The notes under the pieces are model-generated. The model had not been told where the DNA came from, did not search any database, and saw only the letters and a list, made by a program, of their open reading frames with translations. Below are positions 50,945 through 64,000 of a DNA stretch of 64,000 nucleotides, in pieces. Source of the DNA: Dictyostelium discoideum (Eukaryota); assembly GCA_000004695.1 (NCBI GenBank), contig CM000154.2, positions 4,800,001-4,864,000 on the forward strand, written 5' to 3'. Numbering within the stretch: the first letter of the stretch is position 1; the number at the start of each line of letters is the position of its first letter. Both the position numbers and the translations under genes were made by a program.

Positions 50945-53002
50945 TTAATACATAACTTCATATTCTTGGATTTTTGATTTTAATGAAGTATTTTCAGAAT
51001 CAATTTGTTTAAATTTTAATAAAATATCACGTAATTTAGATTCTAAAGAACTAATTTTCTCATCTTTATGAGAGAGTAAAGTTTGAAGACGAGTTGATTC
51101 TCTTTGATATAAACCCAAATCCATATCACGTTGTACCAATTCACCTTCTAATTGTTTAATTTTCTCTAATGCACTATCTTGATTAAATGATGTTAGGAAA
51201 TCAATCTTTTTATTCTTTTCTTCAAGTTCTAATTCTAATTTTGCCATTTTACTTTGAATTTGAATGAGTTCATTACTTTCAAAACCATTGCCACTACCAC
51301 CACCAATTGTTAAAGAACTTGTCGATTGTGATAATGGTGAAATATGTGAATTGTTGTTGTTATTTTGACTTGGTGATTGAAGTAATAAATTACTAAATGA
51401 ATTTGGTGTAATACTACCTAAATCTCCATGATGATGATGACTATTTTGACTTGGTGAAACAAATGTTGATCTACTACCATTACCATTACCACTACCACTA
51501 CCACCTTTTGAAGCTGAATTATTAACAGAAGTTGAAACTAAAATTAATTTATTTAAATTATTAATCTTTGATTCTAATAATGATCTATGTTTTTCAGCAT
51601 CAACTAATTTATGTAACAATTCTTGATTGGTTATTTTCATTTTTTCTTTTTCAGTTAGAGTCTCTTGTAATTCTTTTTCAGTTGATAATGCATCTGATAA
51701 TTTTGATTTTAATTCAGCAATTTCATTTCTATATTGTTTTAATAATGCTTTATCATCAAGAATTTCATTAACCTTGGCATTGTTTGATATCTTTTTAGCT
51801 CTACTTGCAAATTTTAATGTATTGTGAGACTCTTCGAAATTGTTTGATGCTAATGTGATCGTACATATGATTGCAACTCTAGAATTACCACTTAATGAAT
51901 TTTGCAAGACTCTAGTTAATTTAGAATCACGATACGGTATATAACCAGTATCTTTCTCTGATAACTTTGAAATCACAGTACCAAGTGTCAATAATGATTT
52001 ATTAATATATGAACCTTCTTTATTTCTAATTGCGCTAATTGTTGACTCTGATGCTTTCTCTGAACCTGCTAAATCTATTAAATTCAATGTACTATATCTA
52101 ACGGGTGATTCTAGACCACCACTACCACTCCCCTCTGGTAAAACCTCTTTACTTTCAATGATCATTTTGAAAATGGTATGACTACGTGATGATTGTAAAT
52201 TGTATGATGTACTACCGACATGTCTATGTGCTTCACCTGCTGATATTAATGAGAGTACATGTTCAACCGATAAAACGATCTCTTCTTTTAAACCGGCGAC
52301 GTAAACACCTGTGACTGGATGTTCGTGTATTTTTAAATTGAAATTCTCTTGATTCACACCCAACAAATCGTTTACAGTCTCATTGTAAATCTCTAAATAG
52401 GATACTCTGAGAAGGAATTCACGCTCTTTGCACTCTTGAATATACGTGAAAATATCCTGAATTGATAGAGGAATAATACCAGGATTCTTCTTACCGCTAC
52501 CTGTCATTGTAAAGGTTTTACCACTACTAGTGATACCATATGCCATAATCGATGCATTATAACCCTCCATTGCACTCTTTACTAATTCTCTTGCAACCGT
52601 ATCATACACTTCATAATTATCACATGTTGGTGGAAAAAGATGATCATATGTATATGAATTTGATACAAATTTTGATGTTAATGAAGATGTTGGTGCTGGT
52701 GATGCTGGTACTGTTGTATTGGTAGTGGTGCTATTTGTTTTTAATGGTGTTTTTAATGGTGTTTTTAATGGTGTTTTTAATGGTGTTTTTAATGATCCTG
52801 CTGATGTTGATGTTGATGATGATGATGATGATTTTATTGGTGTTGAAATTGGTGGTAAAGAAGAAACTGGCTGTGTAATTGGTGGTGGTAATGATGTAAT
52901 TGTATTATTATTTCCAAATTGCCAAAGGCAATGTTCTTTATCTTTAACTTCTTTCTCATTAAATGGTCTAGCTCTTACGCTAACCGATATATTCTCGTTC
53001 AT
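50945..53002 (-). CDS. Kinesin motor protein (685 aa; N-terminal motor, kinesin-7/CENP-E-like, coiled-coil tail); possibly the short Dictyostelium kinesin Kif11 (not verified)
   Basis: MNENISVSVRARPFNEKE.. is a kinesin N-terminus. The P-loop is AYGITSSGKTFTMTG. Switch I is NLQSSRSHTIF and switch II is LIDLAGSEKAS. A ~75-aa Ser/Thr/Pro insertion with (KTPL)x4-5 (12-bp repeat at 52735-52795) lies between beta1 and the P-loop region. There is a C-terminal coiled coil. Confidence 0.88.
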   Translation of the reverse strand: MNENISVSVRARPFNEKEVKDKEHCLWQFGNNNTITSLPPPITQPVSSLPPISTPIKSSSSSSTSTSAGSLKTPLKTPLKTPLKTPLKTNSTTTNTTVPASPAPTSSLTSKFVSNSYTYDHLFPPTCDNYEVYDTVARELVKSAMEGYNASIMAYGITSSGKTFTMTGSGKKNPGIIPLSIQDIFTYIQECKEREFLLRVSYLEIYNETVNDLLGVNQENFNLKIHEHPVTGVYVAGLKEEIVLSVEHVLSLISAGEAHRHVGSTSYNLQSSRSHTIFKMIIESKEVLPEGSGSGGLESPVRYSTLNLIDLAGSEKASESTISAIRNKEGSYINKSLLTLGTVISKLSEKDTGYIPYRDSKLTRVLQNSLSGNSRVAIICTITLASNNFEESHNTLKFASRAKKISNNAKVNEILDDKALLKQYRNEIAELKSKLSDALSTEKELQETLTEKEKMKITNQELLHKLVDAEKHRSLLESKINNLNKLILVSTSVNNSASKGGSGSGNGNGSRSTFVSPSQNSHHHHGDLGSITPNSFSNLLLQSPSQNNNNNSHISPLSQSTSSLTIGGGSGNGFESNELIQIQSKMAKLELELEEKNKKIDFLTSFNQDSALEKIKQLEGELVQRDMDLGLYQRESTRLQTLLSHKDEKISSLESKLRDILLKFKQIDSENTSLKSKIQEYEVMY

Positions 53003-53189
53003 TCTATATAAATAAATAAATTGTCTTTTTTTTTTTTTTATTACAAATTTTTTCTACAAAAATAAATAATCTTTTTTTTTTTTTTTTTTTCATAAATTAA
53101 TTTTTTTTTTTTTTTTTGTGGCGCCATTGAAAAAAAAAAAAAAAAAAAAATTAAATAAATAAAATAAAAAAAAATAAAATAAAATGAAA

Positions 53190-53310
53190 TAAAATAAAAT
53201 AAAATCAAATAATGATAATTCAAATAAAAATGAAAATTTGGTAATAAAATAAAATAAAATCAAATAATGATAATTCAAATAAAAATGAAAACTTGGTAAT
53301 GAAAAATAAA
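53190..53310. repeat. Direct ~60-bp duplication (aaataaaataaaatcaaataatgataattcaaataaaaatgaaaa(t/c)ttggtaat) upstream of the kinesin gene
   Basis: Direct reading. The two copies are adjacent. Confidence 0.6.
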
Positions 53311-54166
53311 ATTTAAAAAAAAAAAAAAAAAAATGAAATAGAGTCTGTGTGGAAAATAAAATAAATTTAAAAATAAAAAAAATTAATTAAAAAAAATCGA
53401 ATCTGTCTTTAATTTTAAACAACTATAAAAAAAAAAAAAGAAAAAAAAAAAAAAAAAAAAAAATAGAAAAATAAAAGGAAAAATAAAAAAAAATGATAAG
53501 GTTAATTAAAACAGATTCGTACTACGCTCGTTATTATGTGGAGTCGATTTTAAATATTGTTTGGGAAAAACAATGGTTTAAAAAATCTAAAGTTAATTGT
53601 GGTGATTTTTTTTAACTGAAAAATGGTACCCCTCACCCATATTATAGCCACGAAAAAAAAGTTTTTTTTTTTTTTTTTTTAATTAAGTTTTTTTTTTCAA
53701 GATTTTTTTTTTTTTTTTTTATTTAAGTTTTTTTTTTTTTTTTTTTTCTTTATTTATATTTCCTCTATTTTTTTCTTTTTTATATTTATATAATATTTAT
53801 TTTACTTTTTTTTTTTTTTTTTGTTAACATTTTTTAGATTGTTTTTAAAAGTTTTTGTTATTTTTAAATATTTAAATTTTTTTTTTTTTTTTTTTGGAGG
53901 TGGTACAATCTTAATTGATTTTTTTTTTTTCGTGGTTTGTGTGTATTAAATAAAAATCTTTGGGAAAAAAAAAAAAAAAAAAAAAAAAATCAAAATTTTT
54001 TGAAAATTTTTTCAATTTTTTTTTTTTTTCCACCATTCAAATAATATCACAATCATATCAAAAAAAAAAAAAAAATAACAAAAGGAATAATACTACATTA
54101 AAAAAAAAAAAAAAAAGTTCATAACAATAACAAATAAGTGTCCCATTGCACTAATTAATAAAAATA

Positions 54167-54338
54167 ATGTCAATGACAATGGATTCGGATGAAGAAAACT
54201 TAACAAAGGTAATATAATATAAATACCACCTCAATTTTTTTAATTTTTTTAAAGACACACCCCTTCTCACAAATCGGTTGGTTTTAAAAAAAAAAAAAAA
54301 AAAAAAAAAAGTTGACAAAAAAAAAAAATAAAAAATAA

Positions 54339-54382
<44 letters not shown>

Positions 54383-55001
54383 TAATAAATTATTAATCAT
54401 AAAATAATAAAAAATTGTATTAATTAATTAATTAATTTTTTTTATTTATTTTTTTTTTTTTTTTTTAAATTCTTAATTTTATAGCTTTTACAAGCTTTTA
54501 GTAATTGCAATTATATTGAATTTGTAAAAGTATTTTCAGTAGTTCATGGATTTGATGCAACATTGGAATTTTGTAAAAATTGTTTTGTTTCATTACCATT
54601 TATGGCATTAAAAAGAAAGTTTGGAATATATGATGATGAAAAAGAGGTCCAACCACAACAACAATTAGAACCTCCTCCCAAAAGGCAAGGAATAAGATCA
54701 ACATGGGAAGATGATTCAAGACAAGAATATTGGAAACCAAAAATTTTATATGATAGTGATGATTATTTCCAAAAATATAAAGAAAATAATAATAATAATA
54801 ATAATAATAATATTAATGATAATAATATTAATAATAATATTAATAAAAATATTATAAATAATAGTAACAATATTATTAATAGTAATAGTAATAATAGAAT
54901 TAATACTTTAAGTCAAATAAATAATAATATGAATAGTAATATAAATAATATAAATAATATAAATAATATAAATAATAATATAAATAGTATAAATAGTATA
55001 A

Positions 55002-55032
<31 letters not shown>

Positions 55033-56907
55033 TCATAATAATATAAATATTGTAAATAGTAATAATAGTATAATAAATAATAATTTTAATTTTAATCAAC
55101 AACCACCTCAAAGAAGGTCAAGTAAAAAAAGATTAAAACCGGCTTCTTCTTATACAACTTGGTAAATATATATATATATTTATATTTTTTTTTTTTAAAA
55201 ATATTAAATTTAAAATTATTTATTAACTATTTATTTTTTCATTTTTTTTTTTTTAGTATTGAAGATTTACCATTTGAAGTTTTAATTCATATATTTAGTT
55301 TTTTAAAATATTCAGATATTTTAATAGTATCATTAGTTTGTAAAGAATGGAATTCGCATAGTTTAGTTGCAACTACAGAATTAACAATTGAAAATAGAAA
55401 AGCATTAAGTGTTGATCTTGTAAATAGAAGAATTTATAAACATAGTAATTATCTTAAAAAGATTAGATGTTGTCAATGTAAATTATTTAATTCACAATCA
55501 ATTCGTATGATCATTGATAATTGTGTATCGTTATGTGAATTACAACTATTCAATTGTCAATTGATAAAGGATGCAGAGATTGAATTGGTTTGTAGTAAAT
55601 TACCAAAACTAACAAAGATGGTAATTCATTCAGAGAATTTAACTCACAAATCCATTGAATCTCTATCGAGGGCACCAAAATTACAAGAGATTGAATTGGG
55701 TGGATTTTCACGTGTACCCATCGAGGCATTTGGTAAATTATCAGAGATTCAAACATTACGTAAATTGGATGTAAGTGCACTCTTGGGTAAAAATGCCAAT
55801 CAATTAACCTTTGAACTTGGTAAATGTACAAATCTAACCTCACTCAGATTAGGTAGCGCCACTGAATCCTCCTTGGCCAATTTACCATTCTTGGGCAACC
55901 TAACATTACTATCGATTGGTGAATGGCGTTTAGAGGATGTCGAACATACAACTACCAATCAAGAGACAATGTCAACCGTTACAACCATCTCCTCAAGCTC
56001 AAGTGATGGTGGTTGTCTAAGATTCTTGGATCAATGTAAAAAGATTGAAAAACTTGAAATCACCGGATCTGAGGATTTCATACTAAGAGATTTATCTTAC
56101 ATTCACGGCATTGCCGATACCTTGAAAGTGTTAGACTTGGATTTCTCCTATTGCAATGAATTGGATGGCCCAGCATTTAAAAAGGTTTTCTCATCATTGG
56201 TTCGTTTGGAGAGTCTTTTCATTAGTAAATTCAATCTAAGTGGTGAATGTTGGGATGCTTTCTCAAAGATGCCAAACCTCTACGCCCTAAGTATCTGTTG
56301 TGTTAAAATGAACACCAATTGGGTTAATCGTGGTCTTGAACATTTGGGACATTGTAGAAATCTTCAAAAACTTTCAATCATAAACTCAACCGAACATTGG
56401 ATTGACATTAGTGATAAATCATTCTCAAATCTCTTACAACCACGTGGTGGAACCTCATTCAACCATGGATCTTTCCAAAAGAATTTACTCGAACTTAGAT
56501 TAGGTGGTTCAAGAGGTGGTGGTTGGGTACTTAATGAAGGTGTTTTCCGTTCAATTGGCCAATTGAAATCTTTACAATCTTTGGATCTTTCAAATTCACG
56601 TGGTATCAGTGAGCAATGTTTCATTCATCTTTCAAATTGTCCAGATTTAGAAACATTAGAAGGTTCAATTAGAGTTGAAGAAAATATTGTTAGAAATACC
56701 ATCGCAGAATGGTGCGGAACTGGAACTTTAATAAATTGTCCTTCCCTTAGAAAAGTTTCAATCGATGTAAAATTACCACATTTTATAAACTCTGAAATTA
56801 GATCACCAAATAATTTACCAATTCAACAACAACAAACTAAAACTAATAATGGTTTCAATTTAATGGCTAAAATTTCAAAAGATCATAATAATAATTATTT
56901 AAATTAA
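54167..56907 (+). CDS. F-box / leucine-rich-repeat protein; 3 exons (54167-54208, 54485-55161, 55257-56907)
   Basis: Exon 3 starts with the F-box [36 protein letters not shown], followed by LRR-like segments (..[19 protein letters not shown].., ..[14 protein letters not shown].., ..[12 protein letters not shown]..). Exon 2 ends acaacttg|gtaaat and joins in frame at ttttag|tattgaag. Exon 1 ([14 protein letters not shown], donor aag|gtaata) is tentative. Confidence 0.7.
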
Positions 56908-57042
56908 ATAATATCTTAAAATTTAAAAAAAAAAATAAAAATAAAAAAAAAAATAAAAAAAAAAAAAAATAAATAAAATAAAAATTAGTAATAAACAAAA
57001 AAAAAAAGTAATTAGTAATAATAAGTATTTATATATAATTTG

Positions 57043-57074
<32 letters not shown>

Positions 57075-57086
57075 TAAAATAATATT

Positions 57087-59177
<2,091 letters not shown>

Positions 59178-59391
59178 TTTTTAATTGTCTAAAAAGTAGG
59201 TCTTTTGAAATAAATGAAAATGAAAATGAAAAAAAAAAAAAAAAAAAAAAAAATGAAACGAAAATTTGGAAAATTATAAAAAAAAAAAATTAAAAAAAAA
59301 AAAATTAAAACTCTTTACTTTAAAAAAAACGAACGAAAAATAAAAAATGGGATATTTTTAGAATTGGAAATGGATTTATTTGGGACACTTC

Positions 59392-59422
<31 letters not shown>

Positions 59423-59469
59423 TAATTATTAATGAAAATAATATCAATTTTTTATTTTCCAAATAATCT

Positions 59470-59617
59470 TTATTTATTTTCTTTTCTTTTTACAATAATT
59501 TCAAAACCTCCCTCTTGAATCACAGAAGTGCAAGAATAATCTGCCAATAAAATTGGTATTGTTTTTTTTACATTTGTTCCACTTGAACTTGTTAAACTAA
59601 ATGAAAAATTTAAAACT

Positions 59618-59688
<71 letters not shown>

Positions 59689-60080
59689 TTTATTTTCTTT
59701 TTGTTCTTCTTTTTGTTCTTCTTTTTCCTGTTTTAAGCCATCATCGCTATTATCGCTGTTATCACTATTGTAATTATTATTATTTTTATGAATACCACTA
59801 TTATTGTTGGTGGTGGTGGTGGTGGTGTTATTTATTTCATTATTGTTGTTGTTGTTGACGACATTTTCATTATTAATAGGTGATTTTGGTAATTGATTTC
59901 CAGTAAATATTTTGGATTGTTGCGCTTCATCAGTTTTTGTAGTACTTGAAAAATTAGTGTCAACAATTGGATTGCTATTTTTAAATATATTATTATTATT
60001 AATATTGTTGTTGCTATGGTTACTATGGTTGCTATTATTTACAGTTGTATTTTTATTTCCAATATTATTAATATTATTAA

Positions 60081-60114
<34 letters not shown>

Positions 60115-60870
60115 TAGCGATTTGATTAACGATGGTTTAGTTGGTAAAGTTGGTCGTATTGAATAAGATGAAATACTTGGCTTTATTGCATATGGTTGTT
60201 TTGGAATTTCAGTTATCTTTGGTGAGGCACTGGTTGTAGTTACAGTTGTGGTTATAGGATTATTTGAAGGTATAGGATTTTCAAATTTAATAAAAGAAAG
60301 ACTATTCTTTTTTTCATCTTCATTATGAGTTTTAATTGTTTCGCTTCTTTCTTTTTCTTTGGTGGTGATACTATCATTTTGATCATTATTATTATTATTA
60401 TTACTACCACCACTACTGGCTATAATACTATAGTTTAAACCATCAAAAAAATCCTCATCTAATTGATTGTCATCTTCTATAGTTTTAGTGCCACTGTCAA
60501 TACCACTATTATTATTATTGTTATTATTATTGGTATTGGTAGTAGTAGTTGTGGTAGTAGTTGTAGTGGTTAACTTTTTCGTTTGTTGATCTTCGCTATC
60601 AACTCTTAGTTTTTTATTTTCATCGACGCCTTTGACTTGATGTCCAGCAAAAGTATTACTTTCTAATAAATCATAAATATCGTCAGGGTCACTTTCAAAT
60701 TCATTTAATCTTTTTCTTTTAGAAGTTTGATTATTATTATTATTATTATTATTATCATTATTGTTGTTATTGTCATCACTCTTTTGAACCTCTTCCATTA
60801 AATTTTGAATATTTTCAAAGTCTGACATTTCTTCATCTTGTTGTTTCTCTTGTTGTTGTTTCTCTTTCTC

Positions 60871-60906
<36 letters not shown>

Positions 60907-61836
60907 TAATTTTTGAATAATCTGTTGTTTCTTTACTTGTGATTGATGCTCTTCTCTATACTTTTCATATAGTTGTCTCATTTGAATATTTTCTCCTTCT
61001 TCTTCTTTTTCAAAATTTTTTTGATTCTTTTCTTCTTCTTCCTCTTCTTCATATTCTTGACTACTACCATCATTTGTTGAATCTAACATTGATAAATTTC
61101 CTTCAGTGAGATCTTGTAATGATAATTGTTTAGTTATTTGAGTTGGTAAATTCCATAACTCTAATGAATTTAAAATCTCCAATTGATCACTCGAAATTAA
61201 AGATTCTGAATAAATTATATTATTTCCTATATTATTACTTGCATTTTTATTCATATCTTTTTTTCTATTCAATAATAAAAGGTTAGTATATAGTGATATA
61301 TTAATATATTAATATTAAAATGTTTTAAATTTTCTAAATACATACATTCTTAATAATGATATAACCCTTGGATGTTTTGAAATTGGAGTTGGTGATATTG
61401 GTGAATGTTTATTTTTATTTAAAATGACAAATTTATTAATATTTAACACAAATTTTGAAAAATCTTGATCTGGTTTTATTGTATAATCTAAAATTTCAAT
61501 AACACATCCAAATAAAAAACCAAAATTAAATACATTTTTTTTATTTCTATTATTATAATTTAATTTTTAATAGTTATTATTAATATGATATACATATCAT
61601 TAGATTTGTTTATACTACTAATAATATTAATATTAATAACTTACTCTAAGGCCTCTCTAACTGTATTCTCTGAAACAATGATTTGAATATAACAAATATT
61701 ATCAGATAAATATAATGATATGTTTTTCTTTTTATGTGAATCTTCTGGTAATGAAACAATTTGACCACAAGGATTGAGTGGAAATGAATTTGATAAAATT
61801 GCTTTCTCTAGCCATCCTGGCATAATCTCTTTTTTA

Positions 61837-61910
<74 letters not shown>

Positions 61911-63110
61911 ATTGTTTAATTGAAGACTGTTGATTATCTTTTTTGGAGTTGGTTGTTGTTTTTGTTGCTGCTTCTGTTGTTGTTGTGGCTGTTGTTGTGG
62001 TTGTTGTTGTGGTTGTTGTTGTGGTTGTTGTTGTGGTTGTTGTTGTGGTTGTTGTTGTGGTTGTTGAAGTTGTTGCTTTTGTGGTTTAATTTGTTGTTGT
62101 TGCTGTAATTTATGTTCATGTATTTTTTGTTGTTCGAGTAACTCCTCTTCAAATGCATCAAAGTGTTTTGATTGTTTCTGTTGTTGTTGTTGTTGTTGTT
62201 GTTGTTGGAGTTTCAATTTTTGTGGTGATTTATTATCTTTAATTTTTCGTTGAAATTCGTCAAAGCTTTGTTGTTGTTTTTTAGGTAATTGAGGTTTTTG
62301 TGTTAAAGAATGAGCATGTGTGAATAAATGAATTTGATCCTCCTCTTCTTCATTGTGTTCCTCTATGTCTTCTAATTTATCATCATCATTATTGCTATTA
62401 TTATTATTATTATTATTATTATCTATATCATCATAATTATCATCAACTTCATCAACTACTAATGGTTGGGTTGATTCAAAATCTTCAATTTCATCAATCT
62501 CTTCAATTTCTTTTTTCTTTTTCAATTCTATATCATCAATTTGTTTTTTATTGTGTGGTTGTTGTTGATGTGGCTGTGGTTGTGGTTGAGGTAGTGGTGG
62601 TGGTAGTTGTTTAATAGTGGTATTTGTTGATTTATCAAATGTTAAGAGAGATGCATTATAATTTCTTTGAAGTGATTGTAAAAGAAGTGATAATGAATTA
62701 AAATTTTTAGATAAACCTTTTAAAGGTTGATCATTGTTGATGTGTTTATTGGTAATATTTAAATTATGTGATTTTTCTAATTCTGTATCTAAAAAAAGTG
62801 TAATTTCACCTTCTTTATTACTATTATTAAAATATCCAAATATTATTCTAACTTTTTTTGAAGGGAAATTAATAGTTTCTTTTTGTTTATCTTCTAAATG
62901 AATCATTGGAAGAATGTAATGTTTTGTTGATAATAATAATCTTGTATTTTGTGGAATTTTCAAATCTTTCATTTCACCAATTATAAAAAAAAACACTAAT
63001 TTCGATGATACATTATTTATAGACGATGATGAATCTTCTACTCTATTTATCGATCTTTCATACCACTCATATGACGGAATAATTGATGGTTTAGATTGAT
63101 TATCCATCAT
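59470..63110 (-). CDS. Large poly-Gln/Asn-rich low-complexity protein (~1150 aa), hypothetical; 3 exons (61645-63110, 61346-61546, 59470-61264)
   Basis: Exon A (MMDNQSKPSIIPSYEWYER..) ends ..TVREAL+ga, with donor ttaga|gtaagt. Exon B is ENKKNVFNFGFLFGCVIEILDYTIKPDQDFSKFVLNINKFVILNKNKHSPISPTPISKHPRVISLLR, with donor agaat|gtatgt. The 82-bp intron has a tatactaac branch-point-like motif and acceptor aatag|. Exon C continues in frame (IKKDMNKNASNNIGNN..) to the stop at 59470. The track start at 61272 is TTG. Confidence 0.65.
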
Positions 63111-63211
63111 ATTATAATTATTATTATTATTATATGTATTAATTCTAAATCAAATAATTTATCTTTTTATTCATAAGAAAAAAAATAAAAAAATAAAAAA
63201 ATAAATAATAT

Positions 63212-63245
<34 letters not shown>

Positions 63246-63476
63246 GAAAAAATGAACGAATTTAGGTTTTTACAAGAAAAAAAAAAAAAAAACAAATAAA
63301 ATTTTTAAAATAAATCATAAAAAATAACAAAAATAGAATATTTAAAAAATATAAATAAACATTATTGGTTTATATTTTAAAAAAATAATATATATTTTTA
63401 TTTGTTACTTTGTTATCATATGACATCAAATTATTAATTTATTATTAATTATTAATTTGAATTTTTTTTTTTTCCA

Positions 63477-63507
<31 letters not shown>

Positions 63508-63620
63508 GTAAAAACCTAAGGGAACTACACATCATTATTCTCTTATGAAAATGAGCGGTCCCTTAAAATTATTATTATTTTTTTTTTTTTTTCTTCCGTC
63601 TTTAATTAACTATTATTTTT

Positions 63621-64000
63621 TTAAAATTTGATATTGATTAAAATTATTATTATCATAATGATTGGTGTACTAAATTTTATAACTGATGAACTATTTATTA
63701 AATTTTCATCATCACCAAAGCTGTCATTTATATTTGATGTTGTTGTTATTTTTGATGTTGTTGTTGTTGCCATTGTTGTTGCTGTTGTTGTTGATGATGA
63801 TGATGATGATGATGATGATGTTGTTGATGTTGTTGATGATGATGTTCCATAATTATTAATATCCTTACTACAAATAGGTAAAAGTTTAATTAAAAACATT
63901 GTTTTATCATCGCTACTACCACTATTTAAAAGATTACCATTAACGCTATTTTTGGTAATATACTCTTTTATATAACCACTATTACCAGTTTTAATATAAT
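63621..64000 (-). CDS. Partial gene (Ser/Thr-rich low-complexity protein); its 5' end lies beyond the window end
   Basis: The minus-strand ORF continues without a stop to position 64000 (..YIKTGNSGYIKEYITKNSVNGNLLNSGSSDDKTMFLIKLLPICSKD..SSSTTSTT..). Confidence 0.35.
   Translation of the reverse strand, partial: YIKTGNSGYIKEYITKNSVNGNLLNSGSSDDKTMFLIKLLPICSKDINNYGTSSSTTSTTSSSSSSSSSTTTATTMATTTTSKITTTSNINDSFGDDENLINSSSVIKFSTPIIMIIIILINIKF

Noticed and set aside
53041-53278. Two overlapping minus-strand ORFs (60-62 aa, F/Y/L-rich)
   Set aside because: They translate a-rich repeats (aaataaaat..) upstream of the kinesin gene.

Overview
This 64 kb window is AT-rich (about 75-80% A+T) eukaryotic nuclear DNA. 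It has the hallmarks of a dictyostelid social amoeba (Dictyostelium discoideum-like).

Supporting signs: (AAT)n/(ATT)n microsatellites sit in introns and encode poly-Asn/Gln/Thr tracts. Long A/T homopolymers fill intergenic DNA. Introns are short, AT-rich, GT..AG, with GTAAGT/GTATGT donors.

I can support about 25 protein-coding genes and several pseudogenes.

The main feature is a cluster of six TRAF-like gene copies (RING + TRAF zinc fingers + coiled coil + MATH). Three are intact, at 2105-3917, 10278-11798 and 14825-16254. Two are pseudogenes, at 5095-5795 and 31990-32721. One is a 22-codon 5' relic at 28738-28803.

Other recognisable genes:
- xanthine dehydrogenase, 2 exons
- DAD1/OST2, 2 exons
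- a papain-family cysteine proteinase, 6 exons, with GT-rich G-box-like elements and a 3x ~102-bp tandem repeat upstream
- RNA polymerase subunit Rpb6
- SFT2
- a TIM21/COA1-like mitochondrial protein
- a Pus1/TruA-type pseudouridine synthase
- a kinesin with a low-complexity insertion in the motor domain
- an N-terminally membrane-anchored GBP/atlastin-like GTPase
- an alpha/beta-hydrolase esterase
- a C2-ankyrin-F-box protein
- an F-box/LRR protein
- an ankyrin+KH protein
- several low-complexity orphan proteins

Odd items:
- a degenerate, truncated Upf1-like helicase ORF
- a cytochrome P450 pseudogene
- a frame-disrupted Cys-rich repeat gene
- a 176-bp nested inverted-repeat (foldback/MITE-like) element
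- a tRNA-like relic beside an assembly gap (N run 478-577)

I found no prokaryote-type systems (no CRISPR, no operons). I see no obvious single novel system. The candidates worth a second look are the TRAF cluster, the helicase relic, the foldback element and the repeat-rich upstream regions.

Many ORFs in the supplied track are artefacts. Some translate homopolymer or microsatellite runs. Some are antisense to real genes. Some read an exon through into its intron. The track also calls non-ATG (TTG/GTG) starts.
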